From a virus, in the IMG/VR virus record IMGVR_UViG_3300017917_004222, positions 83,840 through 147,839 of that record: DNA of 64,000 nucleotides; one strand, 5' to 3'. Shown in pieces: positions 1-11,100 of the stretch; the first letter of the stretch is position 1; each line of letters begins with the position of its first letter. The notes beneath the pieces were generated by a model. That model was given only the letters and a program-made list of their open reading frames with translations, ran no database searches and was not told the origin of the DNA. The translations under genes were made by a program, and so were the position numbers.

Positions 1-1040
1 ACACCTCTTACTTTGTGGTGGGCGTGAGCGGGCAAGATGCCACACTGAGCCGATCGTACGGCGGCGCACCTGTGACGAACTTGACTTCGGGAACCAGTCT
101 CACACAGAGCGTGCGAGTCAACTCAGGCGTGGGCGCCACACTCACCAGCAACACCAACGGTGCACTGGTTGTGGACGGTGTGACCTTGAGCACAAACGAT
201 CGTGTGCTGGTATACAATCAGACTCCAGCATACCAAAACGGTGTGTATGTGGTTACTGATGCAGGTTCGGTCAGCACACCCTGGGTCTTGACACGTGCCA
301 CCGATGCCGACAGTTACATCCCCGACAACATCACCGGCATGGACTCGGGCGACTACTTCTTTGTTCAGCAAGGTGTTACTGGTGCAGGCGAAAGCTATGT
401 GCTCACTGCACCTCCGGGACCAATCCTTATCGGTTACGACTCGATTACATATACCCAGTTCAGCGCCAGCCAGGTGTACAGCGCCGGCAGCGGTATTGCA
501 CTAACTGGTACCACATTCTCGGCCAACGTTGACAACGTCACCACAGCTATTGTGAGCGGCAACATTGTGGTCAAAGCTAGTGCACAGCTGACCACTCCCA
601 ATATTGGTGCTGCAACCGGTACCAGCTTGAACGTTACCGGATCAGTCACAGCCACCAGCGTGGATGCAGGTTCGGGCAACATTGCAACCACTGGTAATGT
701 GCTGGCTGGTACAGTAACTGCTACCACAGTGTCTTCGGGCACAGTGACAGCTTCGGGTAATGTTGCTGGCGGAAATCTTACCACAGCAGGCCAAGTAGCC
801 GCAACTGGCAACATCACTGGTGGCAATATTGCAACCACTGGCACAGCCAACGTGGCAACGCTGATTGTGACCACGGTGGCCAATATCACATCAACAACTC
901 CCAGCTCAAATACCACCACAGGTGCGTTGATTGTGGCAGGTGGTTTGGGTGTAGCAGGCAACATTTATGCTGGTGCACTGTATGACAACGGCACAGCGGT
1001 ATTAACTATCAACTCGATTGTGGACGGTGGTACATACTAA
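1..1040 (+). CDS. Tail fibre/virion structural protein, 5'-truncated by the window edge
   Basis: Frame is open from base 3. Gly/Thr/Asn-rich, with a 'DRVLVYNQT..QNGVYVV..W.LTRATDAD' tail-fibre motif, GNI/GNV repeats and a C-terminal 'VDGGTY'. Confidence 0.75.
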   Translation, partial: TSYFVVGVSGQDATLSRSYGGAPVTNLTSGTSLTQSVRVNSGVGATLTSNTNGALVVDGVTLSTNDRVLVYNQTPAYQNGVYVVTDAGSVSTPWVLTRATDADSYIPDNITGMDSGDYFFVQQGVTGAGESYVLTAPPGPILIGYDSITYTQFSASQVYSAGSGIALTGTTFSANVDNVTTAIVSGNIVVKASAQLTTPNIGAATGTSLNVTGSVTATSVDAGSGNIATTGNVLAGTVTATTVSSGTVTASGNVAGGNLTTAGQVAATGNITGGNIATTGTANVATLIVTTVANITSTTPSSNTTTGALIVAGGLGVAGNIYAGALYDNGTAVLTINSIVDGGTY

Positions 1041-1054
1041 TTTAAAGACCACAC

Positions 1055-2095
1055 ATGACAAATAGGGTACTTATAAAGCGCTCGGGAACGGCAAACGCTG
1101 TTCCTGGGGCAGCAAATCTTGAGCTGGGCGAGTTGGCCATCAACTATGCCGACGGTAACCTGTTTTACAAGGATGCTGCCGGAAACGTGGCTGTGATTGC
1201 CAGCAACCGATCTGCAGTCTACAGCGGCAACGTCACTGCACAGTATTTTATTGGCAACGGTAGCCAACTGACTGGCGTCACAGCCACTGGTTGTGTTGTG
1301 GTCAGTTCAAACTCACCTGGGTCGCCTAAAATTGGCGACATCTGGATTGATTCCGACGATGGTACTGAATACTTGTATTTCAATGATGGCACCAGCAATG
1401 TGTGGGCCGAAATGGCATCGGTCTACAGCTTCAGCTCGGGTGGCGGCGGTGCTAGTGTAGCTGGGGCAAACACTCAAGTTCAGTACAATTCCGACGGCGT
1501 GCTGGCAGCATCGGCCAACTTCACATTCAACGGGTCTAGTGTCACAGTTTCGGGCAACATCAATGGCGGAAATCTAGTCACTGCAGGCGCTGTAACAGCC
1601 ACAGGCAACGTGTCTGGTGGCAACATCATCACCGCAGGCGCAGTATCAGCAACAGGCAACGTCACTGGCAACTACTTCATTGGCAATGGCTCACAACTGA
1701 CTGGTATAGTTTCCAGCGCATATTCGGCCCAGTACACCCTTACTGCCACAACCTCTAACAACACCGAAACCGAAGCGTTTGTAGGCGGAGTAGCTGGGAC
1801 CAGAATCCCTGTACCGCTCAACACAACCGTTTATTACACAGCCGACATCGCCTGCCGCAGAACTGATACAGCAGGAGATCATGCAGCATGGTTCCTCAAA
1901 GGTGTGGCCACCAACAACGCAGGCAACGTGACCGACGTGGGCTCGTTGTATGAAGTGATTGTGTCACGAACAGACACATCATTGACCGTGGATTTGCGAG
2001 CCGACAACACCAATGACAGCGTGGGTGTGTTTGTGACTGGTGCAACGGGTAAAACACTGTCGTGGCGTGTTGCAATAACTACAGTGGAGGTATAA
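1055..2095 (+). CDS. Tail fibre-like protein with Mtd/hyaluronidase-type N-terminal anchor
   Basis: N-terminal 'LIKRSGTANAVP..LELGELAINYADGNLFYK', an internal 'GDIWIDSDDGTEYLY' motif and GN repeats. Confidence 0.7.
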   Translation: MTNRVLIKRSGTANAVPGAANLELGELAINYADGNLFYKDAAGNVAVIASNRSAVYSGNVTAQYFIGNGSQLTGVTATGCVVVSSNSPGSPKIGDIWIDSDDGTEYLYFNDGTSNVWAEMASVYSFSSGGGGASVAGANTQVQYNSDGVLAASANFTFNGSSVTVSGNINGGNLVTAGAVTATGNVSGGNIITAGAVSATGNVTGNYFIGNGSQLTGIVSSAYSAQYTLTATTSNNTETEAFVGGVAGTRIPVPLNTTVYYTADIACRRTDTAGDHAAWFLKGVATNNAGNVTDVGSLYEVIVSRTDTSLTVDLRADNTNDSVGVFVTGATGKTLSWRVAITTVEV

Positions 2096-2096
2096 C

Positions 2097-2570
2097 ATGC
2101 CAAGAACAAGAAGTGTGCTGGTTGACAACACAATCGGACGAATTTTTAGAAACGTGACCACAGTTGCACAAGCCAGTGCAGCCAGTGTGATTGCAGGTGA
2201 CCGTTTGACCACACGATCCATTGGGTCTGGGCAAGCCGCATTGATAAAAATTGCCAACAACATCGGTGGCAAGGGTTTGTTTTTTGTTACAGGTGCGTCT
2301 GTGACTCAGTTGCGAGTAAGTTTGATTCGTGCTCCGCGTGGGCGCGATGCATTGATCCAAGTGCGCAAAGGTCTCACGTATGCCACCTCTACCACAGTTG
2401 GAGAACCATACGCTATTCCTGCTGGCAATGTCAATGTTGCAGCCACAGCCACTTATACCGTTGCTATTACTCTAGCAGCTGGCGAATCGTTGTATTTCGA
2501 TGTGGTTCAAGTGGGCAGTATGTTCGCCGGCACCGGGTTAACAGTCACTGTGAACCTTTATACAGTATAA
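2097..2570 (+). CDS. Hypothetical virion-associated protein
   Basis: 157-aa ORF with GGAG RBS, coupled to the preceding gene in the tail operon. Confidence 0.55.
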   Translation: MPRTRSVLVDNTIGRIFRNVTTVAQASAASVIAGDRLTTRSIGSGQAALIKIANNIGGKGLFFVTGASVTQLRVSLIRAPRGRDALIQVRKGLTYATSTTVGEPYAIPAGNVNVAATATYTVAITLAAGESLYFDVVQVGSMFAGTGLTVTVNLYTV

Positions 2571-2573
2571 AAC

Positions 2574-2762
2574 ATGGAACAACAACTCAAACAACATTTT
2601 GGCGACGTTGACATTTACCGCTTCAATGGGCACCGCAGCCGCATTGGGGAATTGGGTATCGCTGTCAACTACGTGATTGTAGAAAACGAAATCTACTTTG
2701 TATCCGAACAAGTCAGTACCGACATTCGTGTTGAACTTGTGTATCCGAAAGGAACTGAATAA
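2574..2762 (+). CDS. Hypothetical small protein
   Basis: 62-aa ORF whose stop overlaps the next ATG (TAATG). Confidence 0.5.
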   Translation: MEQQLKQHFGDVDIYRFNGHRSRIGELGIAVNYVIVENEIYFVSEQVSTDIRVELVYPKGTE

Positions 2763-3790
2763 TGTATGCAAAACTCGTGGTAGGCGCAACTGCCATCAAC
2801 GTGCATCAAGCCATGCGAGACATTGGCCGCTTGATCACATCTGAAACTCCATCAACTGCCCTGCTGGGCGCATTCAGTCAAGTCAACTCGGTGATTGTGG
2901 ATGACACCCCAGCAGGCTGGACCTATGTGGGCAGTGTGAGTGCAGATGATCGTCCCACCATAGCCGCGGTGGGCGCAGCCATCAACTATACCATTGATAC
3001 CCACTGGAATCTGGCATTTTCAGCCCCGTGCCTGGAAGGAGAAGCCCTCAAGTACATGACACTGAACGTGGCCTGGCGCGGACTCACTGCCAATAACAAC
3101 CGCAACTTTACCATGACTGGTGCAGAGAGCGTGACTTCATTGGGTGTGGCCACTAACGAAGGCGGACGATACTTTTGGGGTTCTGCCGAAGGTGTAACCG
3201 AGCCAGACGCAGTGTCGCTACAGACCACAGCAGGATCTATCATTCATGTGATTGCCACACCGCGACATGTGACTTTGATCAATGAAGGTCGTGGCATGCA
3301 GGCCATCTGGGAAACCACCATGACTGATGTGCATCGTTTTTACGGTACAGCACCTTTTGTGCATTTTAGCAATGCCAGCAGCGTGACTGGCTTGGCCGGT
3401 GCAATCATCCCCACAGTGCAGACCACTGCAGCGGCCAACTCATTCCATGCCACTGTGTTTGCAATTACTGATCTAACCACAAGCACATTGTATGGCACAT
3501 ACGGCCCCACAGTGAATGACACACTGAATCAGACCTACTTCCGTCAGCAGTCGTCGAGTCTGCGTCGAGCCACAATCTCTGATACCGGAGCACCGCGATA
3601 CCAAATCAGTCCATGCTTTTTCCAACTGGGCAACTTTGGGTATCCTACCCAATACGTCACCGGAGTGGTGCCCATGTACTGGACTGCTCCACAAATAGGA
3701 ACCACTGGCGACACAATTGACATCAATGGCGACAGTTACACATTTTTCAACTCCGGCACCATATTTGGTGTTGCAATGAAGACTTCGTAA
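2762..3790 (+). CDS. Hypothetical tail-associated structural protein
   Basis: 342-aa beta-rich, Thr/Gly-rich ORF within the fibre operon. Confidence 0.6.
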   Translation: MYAKLVVGATAINVHQAMRDIGRLITSETPSTALLGAFSQVNSVIVDDTPAGWTYVGSVSADDRPTIAAVGAAINYTIDTHWNLAFSAPCLEGEALKYMTLNVAWRGLTANNNRNFTMTGAESVTSLGVATNEGGRYFWGSAEGVTEPDAVSLQTTAGSIIHVIATPRHVTLINEGRGMQAIWETTMTDVHRFYGTAPFVHFSNASSVTGLAGAIIPTVQTTAAANSFHATVFAITDLTTSTLYGTYGPTVNDTLNQTYFRQQSSSLRRATISDTGAPRYQISPCFFQLGNFGYPTQYVTGVVPMYWTAPQIGTTGDTIDINGDSYTFFNSGTIFGVAMKTS

Positions 3791-3792
3791 TC

Positions 3793-4707
3793 ATGGCCAC
3801 CAACGCAGGACTTGTTTCATACATCAACTCTCTATCGCCAGCTGTGTACTGGCGACTGGACGAAGCCAGCGGCACCTCTTTTGCGCAAACTGGTTCCAGC
3901 ACAGCTGGGGCCATGACCGCATCGGGCACAGTCACTGCCAGCGACGCCACACTGATCCCAGGCGATGCAACAGAGTTTGTGACGTTCGGGGTAGGTGGGT
4001 ATGCCAGCGCAGCTCGCGGCAACATCACAGTGCCCTTGACTGACGTGACCATTTCCTACTTGATTCGTTTCTATCCGCCCTACACTTCCTCGGCCAACAT
4101 CTTTGCACTGAGTCTCATGGGCTCAGGCGACTCGTCGTCAACCACCAACGTGCAGACCTATCAGTATTTCACACCCACCACCGGCATATTCAACGAAATC
4201 ATGGAATATGGCACAGGTGTGAACGAGTTGATTGAATCCATCAGCCCCATGGATCCAAGATTTGCGGTGAATGGCATTGACAACACTTTCATGATCACAA
4301 CTGTGCGCAACAGCGTGGCCAAGCAACTGTCTACCTATGTGAATGGTGTGCTGTTTGACCGTCAAACATATGTCAACAATGCCACAGGCGGTACTGCAGC
4401 AGGTGTGGTATGGAGTCTAGGCAACAACACCGCTGTTGGTATTGCAGCTGGCGGCAGTGCTACCAGCATGGGTCATGTGTGTGTGTTTACTCGATTGTTG
4501 AGTGAGCAAGAAATCCGTGACATGGCAGATGCCGCCGGACGTTTGGATGCCAGCCCAGGCCAGTTGAGATTTGACATGTCTGCAGCAACGGGCCCAGCAA
4601 GCAATTTCCTTGAAACCAATGTAGTCAAAACCTTACTGTGTGCAGTTGATCCGTTGGTGGACATCAGTGTGGCATTTCCGAGCGAAGCCTACACAACCGA
4701 AGAATAA
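3793..4707 (+). CDS. Concanavalin A-like/LamG lectin-domain protein
   Basis: 'PAVYWRLDEASGT' start, 'YVNGVL' and 'VFTRLLSEQEI' are LamG-type motifs. Confidence 0.65.
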   Translation: MATNAGLVSYINSLSPAVYWRLDEASGTSFAQTGSSTAGAMTASGTVTASDATLIPGDATEFVTFGVGGYASAARGNITVPLTDVTISYLIRFYPPYTSSANIFALSLMGSGDSSSTTNVQTYQYFTPTTGIFNEIMEYGTGVNELIESISPMDPRFAVNGIDNTFMITTVRNSVAKQLSTYVNGVLFDRQTYVNNATGGTAAGVVWSLGNNTAVGIAAGGSATSMGHVCVFTRLLSEQEIRDMADAAGRLDASPGQLRFDMSAATGPASNFLETNVVKTLLCAVDPLVDISVAFPSEAYTTEE

Positions 4708-4734
4708 ATACAAGATCAACAACGGTAACACAGT

Positions 4735-7044
4735 ATGGCTCTAAGTTTTCCAATTTCCCCAACCCCAGGTCAAACCTATACCTACAGTGGTAGAACCTGG
4801 GTATGGACCGGGTCAGCCTGGAAGGTCAACGACACCGGCGCCATCAACGGCATCATAATTGGCAACACAACTCCAGCAGCTGGCTCGTTTACCACGCTCA
4901 CAGCCAACGGAGAAGTCAATCTTGGCAACGTGGGCAACATTACCATACTGGGCGGCACCAGCGGCCAAGTGCTCAGTACAGACGGAGCAGGAAACTTGAG
5001 TTGGGCCGACGGCGGCGGAGGCAGCAACGTCACTTCTATTGTGGTGGACAATTTTACCGGCAATGGAGTGGCCAACAGCTTTGTGCTCACTACCACCCCC
5101 ATCAGTGAAGACTGGGTCTCTGTGAACTACAATGGTGTGATGCAACAAACTGATGCATACAGCGTGAGTGGTAACACCATAACATTTGTTACCACCCCGG
5201 CCAACACCGCTGCTATTGAAATTCGCACAGTGACATTTGGGGGCACTGTGGCCCTGGCCAACACAGCCGAAACCGTGACTGGCAACGCACAGGCCAACAT
5301 CACCAGTGTGGGTACATTAACCAGTTTGACAGTGTCGGGCAATGTCACGGTGTCAGGTACCGGAAGTCGTATTGTTGGCGACTTCACATCCGCGGCCAAC
5401 AACCGTCTTGCGTTTCAAACCAGCACAGCCAACTCACTTTCAATTGTGGCTGCATTGCCGTCTGGTACGGGTACCACATCAATTTTGCGGGCCTACTGCG
5501 GCTCAACCCCGTCTACAGCATCTTTCCTTGACATACGTGCCACATCCACTGCCACACAACTGTGGTCTGGCCGCGAAATCTCGTCCACATTTGGCTTCTT
5601 GCCACTGACTTTTCACACCAACAATGCGGAGCAGATGCGATTGGACACATCGGGTAACCTGGGTGTTGGTACCAATGCACCGTCGCAGCGTCTAGATGTA
5701 AATGGTAATGTTGCAATCACTGGCTCGGCGCGCCGGATCATTGGCGACTTTAGTGACGCTACATTCTCAAATCGGCTTTTGTTTCAGACCAGTGTTGCAA
5801 ACACAAACACAATAGTAGGAGCTGTACCGAGTGGAACCGGACAAATTGCCGGGTTCCGTGTGTTCAACAGCTCTGATTCGGTCAACGCATCTTTTGCCAC
5901 ACTGGCTTGCAATGCCACAGTGGCCTACATTGATTCATCTCTTTCGGGTACTGGGTCATACTTGCCTTTAGCGTTCTTCACAGGTGGCAGCGAGCGCATG
6001 CGTATTGACACTGGTGGTAACTTGATTATTGGCGGCAGTTTTAGCAGCGATGCCGGCGCAGTCACACTAACAGGGGACGGAACTGTTCGGGCAATCCTTG
6101 CCAATGCAGCTGGCGGACAATCAATTATTGGTGCAGTTGGCGGGGTTTCAAACGGGTTTGAGGTATCAGTTGCTGCAACCAACGCAACAACATATAGGTG
6201 GAACAACCCTGCGGGCACAGTAATGACACTGGACGCCGCTGGCAACCTCGGCCTTGGAACGGTTCCGAGTGCGTGGTCTGCGCCCGCGCGGGCGATCCAT
6301 CTCGGTAATTTTGGGGCAGTCTACCAGAACGCATCAGGCTATCCAGAACTGGCGTTCAACACCTTCCAGAACACATCCAACGTCTACACCTACCGAAATA
6401 CGGACGTAGCTACGCGTTACAGCCAAACCAACGGTCAACACCAATGGTTTACCGCCCCCTCCGGCACCGCGGGAAGCCCAATCACATTCACACAGGCGAT
6501 GACGCTGTCTGCCGCTGGAGACCTGTTGGTGGGAACAACAGATACTGGTCTTACCACAGGCAACGGCTTTAAACTCTTAACCAGCGCAACTGGTCGAAAC
6601 TTGGTCATAAATGCCCCAGCAAGCACAAACGCCAACGAAGGTTTTATGATGTACTCCACTGGCGCAGGTGCATATCGATTCTATGTACAATGGAACGGGC
6701 AAATTAATGCAACCAACACCAGTATTACAGCCATTTCAGATGTATCGCTTAAAGAGAACATCCGCGATCTCGAAACTGGACTTGATGAAATCATGGCCTT
6801 GCGCCCTCGCCGGTTTGATTGGAAAGAAGAAACACACCTCGGTGAAAAAAATGTTGCTGGCTTCGTTGCTCAAGAGCTTGAGCAAGTCTTGCCAGATCTG
6901 GTGTACGAATACAAGTACAATGAAACTGGAACAAAAAAGTCAATCAAGATGGGCGACATTTTGCCTACGCTAGTAAAAGCGGTACAAGAACAACAGGCCA
7001 TCATCCAACAATTACAAGCCCGTCTCGACGCCGCCAATCTTTAA
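4735..7044 (+). CDS. Long tail fibre with C-terminal peptidase S74 intramolecular chaperone
   Basis: Repeated 'MRIDxxGNL' fibre motifs and a C-terminal 'SDVSLKENI..GFVAQE..LVKAVQEQQAII' autocleaving chaperone. Confidence 0.85.
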   Translation: MALSFPISPTPGQTYTYSGRTWVWTGSAWKVNDTGAINGIIIGNTTPAAGSFTTLTANGEVNLGNVGNITILGGTSGQVLSTDGAGNLSWADGGGGSNVTSIVVDNFTGNGVANSFVLTTTPISEDWVSVNYNGVMQQTDAYSVSGNTITFVTTPANTAAIEIRTVTFGGTVALANTAETVTGNAQANITSVGTLTSLTVSGNVTVSGTGSRIVGDFTSAANNRLAFQTSTANSLSIVAALPSGTGTTSILRAYCGSTPSTASFLDIRATSTATQLWSGREISSTFGFLPLTFHTNNAEQMRLDTSGNLGVGTNAPSQRLDVNGNVAITGSARRIIGDFSDATFSNRLLFQTSVANTNTIVGAVPSGTGQIAGFRVFNSSDSVNASFATLACNATVAYIDSSLSGTGSYLPLAFFTGGSERMRIDTGGNLIIGGSFSSDAGAVTLTGDGTVRAILANAAGGQSIIGAVGGVSNGFEVSVAATNATTYRWNNPAGTVMTLDAAGNLGLGTVPSAWSAPARAIHLGNFGAVYQNASGYPELAFNTFQNTSNVYTYRNTDVATRYSQTNGQHQWFTAPSGTAGSPITFTQAMTLSAAGDLLVGTTDTGLTTGNGFKLLTSATGRNLVINAPASTNANEGFMMYSTGAGAYRFYVQWNGQINATNTSITAISDVSLKENIRDLETGLDEIMALRPRRFDWKEETHLGEKNVAGFVAQELEQVLPDLVYEYKYNETGTKKSIKMGDILPTLVKAVQEQQAIIQQLQARLDAANL

Positions 7045-7059
7045 TTAAGGAACTCAGCA

Positions 7060-7404
7060 ATGGCAACATTCAAATGGATTATTTCTGCGCTGGATTGCGT
7101 GCCCTCACTTGACGGTCGCACCAACGTGGTACGCACAGTACACTGGCGCTGCACAGGGCACGGCACTGTGGCGGATCGCGAATATATTGGCACAGTGTAC
7201 AGCACTTGCACTCTTCCTGATCCCGCTGGTTCGGGCGATTTTGTTGCGTATGCAGACCTAACGCAAGAACAGGTGTTGGCGTGGATTTGGGATAACGGAG
7301 TTGATCATGTGGCTACAGAAGCTTTGGTACAGCAACAACTGGATCTGCAAATCAATCCGCCTGTTGTACAACCACCGTTGCCATGGAATTCTACTGCCGA
7401 CTAA
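7060..7404 (+). CDS. Tail fibre-associated protein
   Basis: AAGGA RBS. 'VHWRC..FVAYADLTQEQVLAWIW..PPLPW' is a family that commonly follows phage fibres. Confidence 0.65.
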   Translation: MATFKWIISALDCVPSLDGRTNVVRTVHWRCTGHGTVADREYIGTVYSTCTLPDPAGSGDFVAYADLTQEQVLAWIWDNGVDHVATEALVQQQLDLQINPPVVQPPLPWNSTAD

Positions 7405-7440
7405 AAAGCGGTGTAAATATTCCCGTCAACGGAGACACAC

Positions 7441-7602
7441 ATGAACACTGAATCCACAATCTCAATCCAACTCACAGTGAACGAAGTCAATTTTGTTCTG
7501 CAAGTGCTAGGCGAGCTACCTACCAAATCTGGCGCCTGGCCTCTAGTTACCAAAATTCAAGGTCAAGCACAGAGCCAGGTAGAATCCCCTGCAGCAGAAT
7601 AA
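7441..7602 (+). CDS. Small hypothetical protein (53 aa, MNTESTISIQLTVNEVNFVLQVLGELP...), not in the ORF track
   Basis: TAAATA at 7414, GGAG RBS, ATG at 7441, TAA at 7600-7602. Confidence 0.65.
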   Translation: MNTESTISIQLTVNEVNFVLQVLGELPTKSGAWPLVTKIQGQAQSQVESPAAE

Positions 7603-7658
7603 GTCTGGCAACCCAGCAGGGTCGAGATCAGCATAAATACACCAAACAGTGAATATCT

Positions 7659-8093
7659 ATGTCTATCACCCTAGTTCAACCATTCAACATCGACACCAGC
7701 AAGACGTTTGAGTTTGCCAATGTATCAGTAACAGGCAACACAGTGATTGGTTCACAATCTGCTAATGCTAAACTAGACGTCAGTGGCAGCATTGCAGTCA
7801 ACGTGGTAGCGGTGCCTGCGCTAGACATTGATTGTTCGCAAGGCACATTTTTCACAAAAACCATCAGCAGTGCGTCGGAATTCACATTCAGTAATCCGCC
7901 AGCTGATCGCGCATATGGGTTTGTGCTTGAACTCACACTTACTAGTGGCACAGTGACTTGGCCAGCGTCGGTTCGTTGGCCTGGCGGCACCGCCCCCACA
8001 CTCTCAACTGGCAAAGTTCAGATTTTGATTTTCATTACTGACAACGGCGGCACCACCTGGTATGGTGCATCTAGCATCAATTACAACACGTAA
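7659..8093 (+). CDS. Virion structural/tail adaptor protein
   Basis: TAAATA at 7634. 'TVTWPASVRWPGGTAPTLS..DNGGTTWYG' is a domain typical of phage tail proteins. Confidence 0.65.
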   Translation: MSITLVQPFNIDTSKTFEFANVSVTGNTVIGSQSANAKLDVSGSIAVNVVAVPALDIDCSQGTFFTKTISSASEFTFSNPPADRAYGFVLELTLTSGTVTWPASVRWPGGTAPTLSTGKVQILIFITDNGGTTWYGASSINYNT

Positions 8094-8103
8094 AGGCAGG
8101 TGA

Positions 8104-11100
8104 ATGCTTACTATTCCAAGTCAATTGCTTTTGGGTGCAGGAGCATCTGAACCCGCACCGACCCCGGGGCAAAACTGGATACCCCGAATGCCCGGGGTAT
8201 CGGCTTTCAACGTCAAGTCTACATATTCGCCCGAGCTGGGTATTTTTGTTGTTGTAGGCGCCAACGGAACAGTACTGACATCCCCGGATAATTTGGCCTG
8301 GACCAGGCAAATATCCGGAACCTCATTTCAATTGAACGATGTGGTCTGGTCAGGCACTCAGTTTGTAGCAGTGGGCAACACAGGTACAATCATCACCAGT
8401 CCCGATGGCGTTACATGGACCGCCAGAACTTCGGGTACCACTGTTACGTTGAACGGGGTGTCTTGGTCGGGTACTCAGTTTGTGATAGCAGAAGCCTTTA
8501 GCGCACGTTTTATCACATCAACTGACGGCATCACATGGCAACGAGTGCAGTTTTCACAGCCCTATGCTGGCATGGTATATGTGTCATCATCTAACCTGTT
8601 TGTGTCAGTAGGTACTTTCGGGGTAATTCAAACCTCGCCTGATGGCGACACTTGGACTATACGCACCAGTCCAACTTCGCAGACGCTTAACTCAGTTGCA
8701 TGGAATGGAAGCATTCTAGTAGCAGTGGGCAACTCGGGCACAATCGTCACCAGTCCCGATGGTGTCACTTGGACGGCTAGAACCTCAAATACCAACGTCA
8801 CATTGTCGTCGGTCACATGGTCAAGCTCCAACAATCAGTTTGTGGTTGTGGGCAACAGTGGTACAGTGTTAACGTCACCCGACGGAGTATCTTGGACATC
8901 ACAGTTGCTTGGCCAATCTATATTGGATGTGACCTACGCACCAACATTGAATACGTTTTTGGCAGTGGGCACAATTGGGCTAATTGCAACCAGCACCGAC
9001 GGCGCCACCTGGACGCCGCAACAACCGGCCACACTCAACCAATTGAACGGGGTCACCTGGAGTGGCAGCCAGTTTGTGGCTGTAGGCAACTCGGGCACAA
9101 TTTTGACCAGTCCCGATGGCACCACGTGGACTTTGAGGACCTCGGGCACAACTGCCATCTTGACTTCGGTAGTTTGGGGCAACAACATATTTGTCGCAAC
9201 TGCGTTTGGTCAGGTGTTTACTTCTCCAGACGGCATCACTTGGACCCCACGAACAGTAAGCAGTGGTAATCAATTCACCAACATCACTTGGTCTGGGACT
9301 CAGTTTGTGGCTGTGGGCAACACTGGCATCGTGGCCACCTCGCCTGACGGAGTCACATGGAAAGTAGTAGGCCATAGCAATACGCTTTTGGGCAATATAG
9401 CATATTCATCCTCGCTGGGTGTGTTTGTGTCAGTGGGTGCAAACGGCACAATATTACGATCAACCGATGGCAATTTCTGGGAAAGACAGGTATCGGGCAC
9501 TGCCAACCAATTGAACTCAGTCATATGGAACGGTACAAATTTTGTAGCGGTGGGAAACACCAGCACGGTGCTGATCTCGCCTGACGGTATAACATGGACC
9601 CTTAGGGGTGCCGCCGCACAGGATGTTCTGTGGATTGCACAATCGCCCAGTTTAATGGTTGCTGTGGGAACAACTGGCATGATTTCGACCAGCACCGACG
9701 GGCAGGCTTGGACTGGAAGAGTAACGGGCACTACCAACCGAATGACCTCGGTGGCCTGGAGTGGCAGCCAGTTTGCGGCAGTAGGAGCCGGGGGTACAGT
9801 TCGCACCAGTCCTGATGGCATCACGTGGACCGCACAAACTTCGGGAACCACTAGTCAATTTCAGGGCGTGGTGTCATCTGGAAGTCAGTTTGTGGCCGTG
9901 GGAGCCGGGGGTATGATTTCCACCAGTCCCGATGGCGTCACATGGACTGTACGAACTTCGGGAACTGCTAACCAATTGAACAGTGTGACCTGGTCAGGAA
10001 CTCAGTTTGCGGCAGTGGGTGCCACAGGCACAATTGTTACCAGTCCAGATGGCATCACGTGGACCACCAGAACTTCGGGCACCACTGTTTCGTTAAACGG
10101 GGTATCTTGGATCGGCAGCCAGTTTGTGGCAGTGGGTGCCACAGGCACAATCCTTACCAGTACCGATGGTGTGACCTGGACACTAAAATACCAAGGCATT
10201 ACCAACAACCTTTTGGGAATCACTTGGGACGGTGCTCAGTTTGTAGCGGTGGGAGCCACCGGTATTATTCGTACCAGCCCCGACGGTGTCACCTGGACCA
10301 CCCAGTCGTCGGGGGTTAGTACTCAGTTAAGTGGTATAGCTTGGACTGGAACCACTCTTGTGGCTGTGGGGGCCCCGGGTGTGATTCGCACCAGTCCCGA
10401 TGGCATCACCTGGAGTGGGCGAGCCAGCGCCACAACCACAACATTGAACCGAGTCGTTTGGTCGCCACAGCAGTTTCTTCTTGTGGCTGTGGGCGCCCTG
10501 GCAGTTACCACAAGGTCGCCCACATCTAACGGAGACGGATGGATTGCCCAACCCACTGGTACCTCTAGCAACTTGGTGGGAGTGACATGGTCAGGCACTC
10601 AGTTTGTGGCTGTGGGCGCGTCAGGTACAGTTAGCACCAGTACTGATGGTGCCGCGTGGATTTTGAGAACGTCGGGTACTACTAGCCAATTGAACAGTGT
10701 GGTCTGGTCAGGCACTCAGTTTGTAGCAGTGGGCAACACAGGTACGATTGTTACCAGTACTGATGGTGCCGCGTGGATTTTGAGAACGTCGGGTACTACT
10801 AGCCAATTGAACAGTGTGGTCTGGACTGGCACCCGGTTTGTGGCAGTGGGCGTCAGCGGTGTCATACGTGCTAGTGACGATGGCAGTACCTGGACTGGTC
10901 CTTTTTACTCGCAAAACTTAACATACACCCCGGTGTATGCAAGTTCTCTAGGTTTGTATGTTGCAACTGGAGCCGGTGGAACAATAATCACATCTCCGGA
11001 CGCAACGTCTTGGACCACACGTACAGTTGCCACCACGCTTGAACTATACATGACTGCATGGTCAGGTACCACACTAGTGGTGGTGGGGCAAAGCGGTGTA

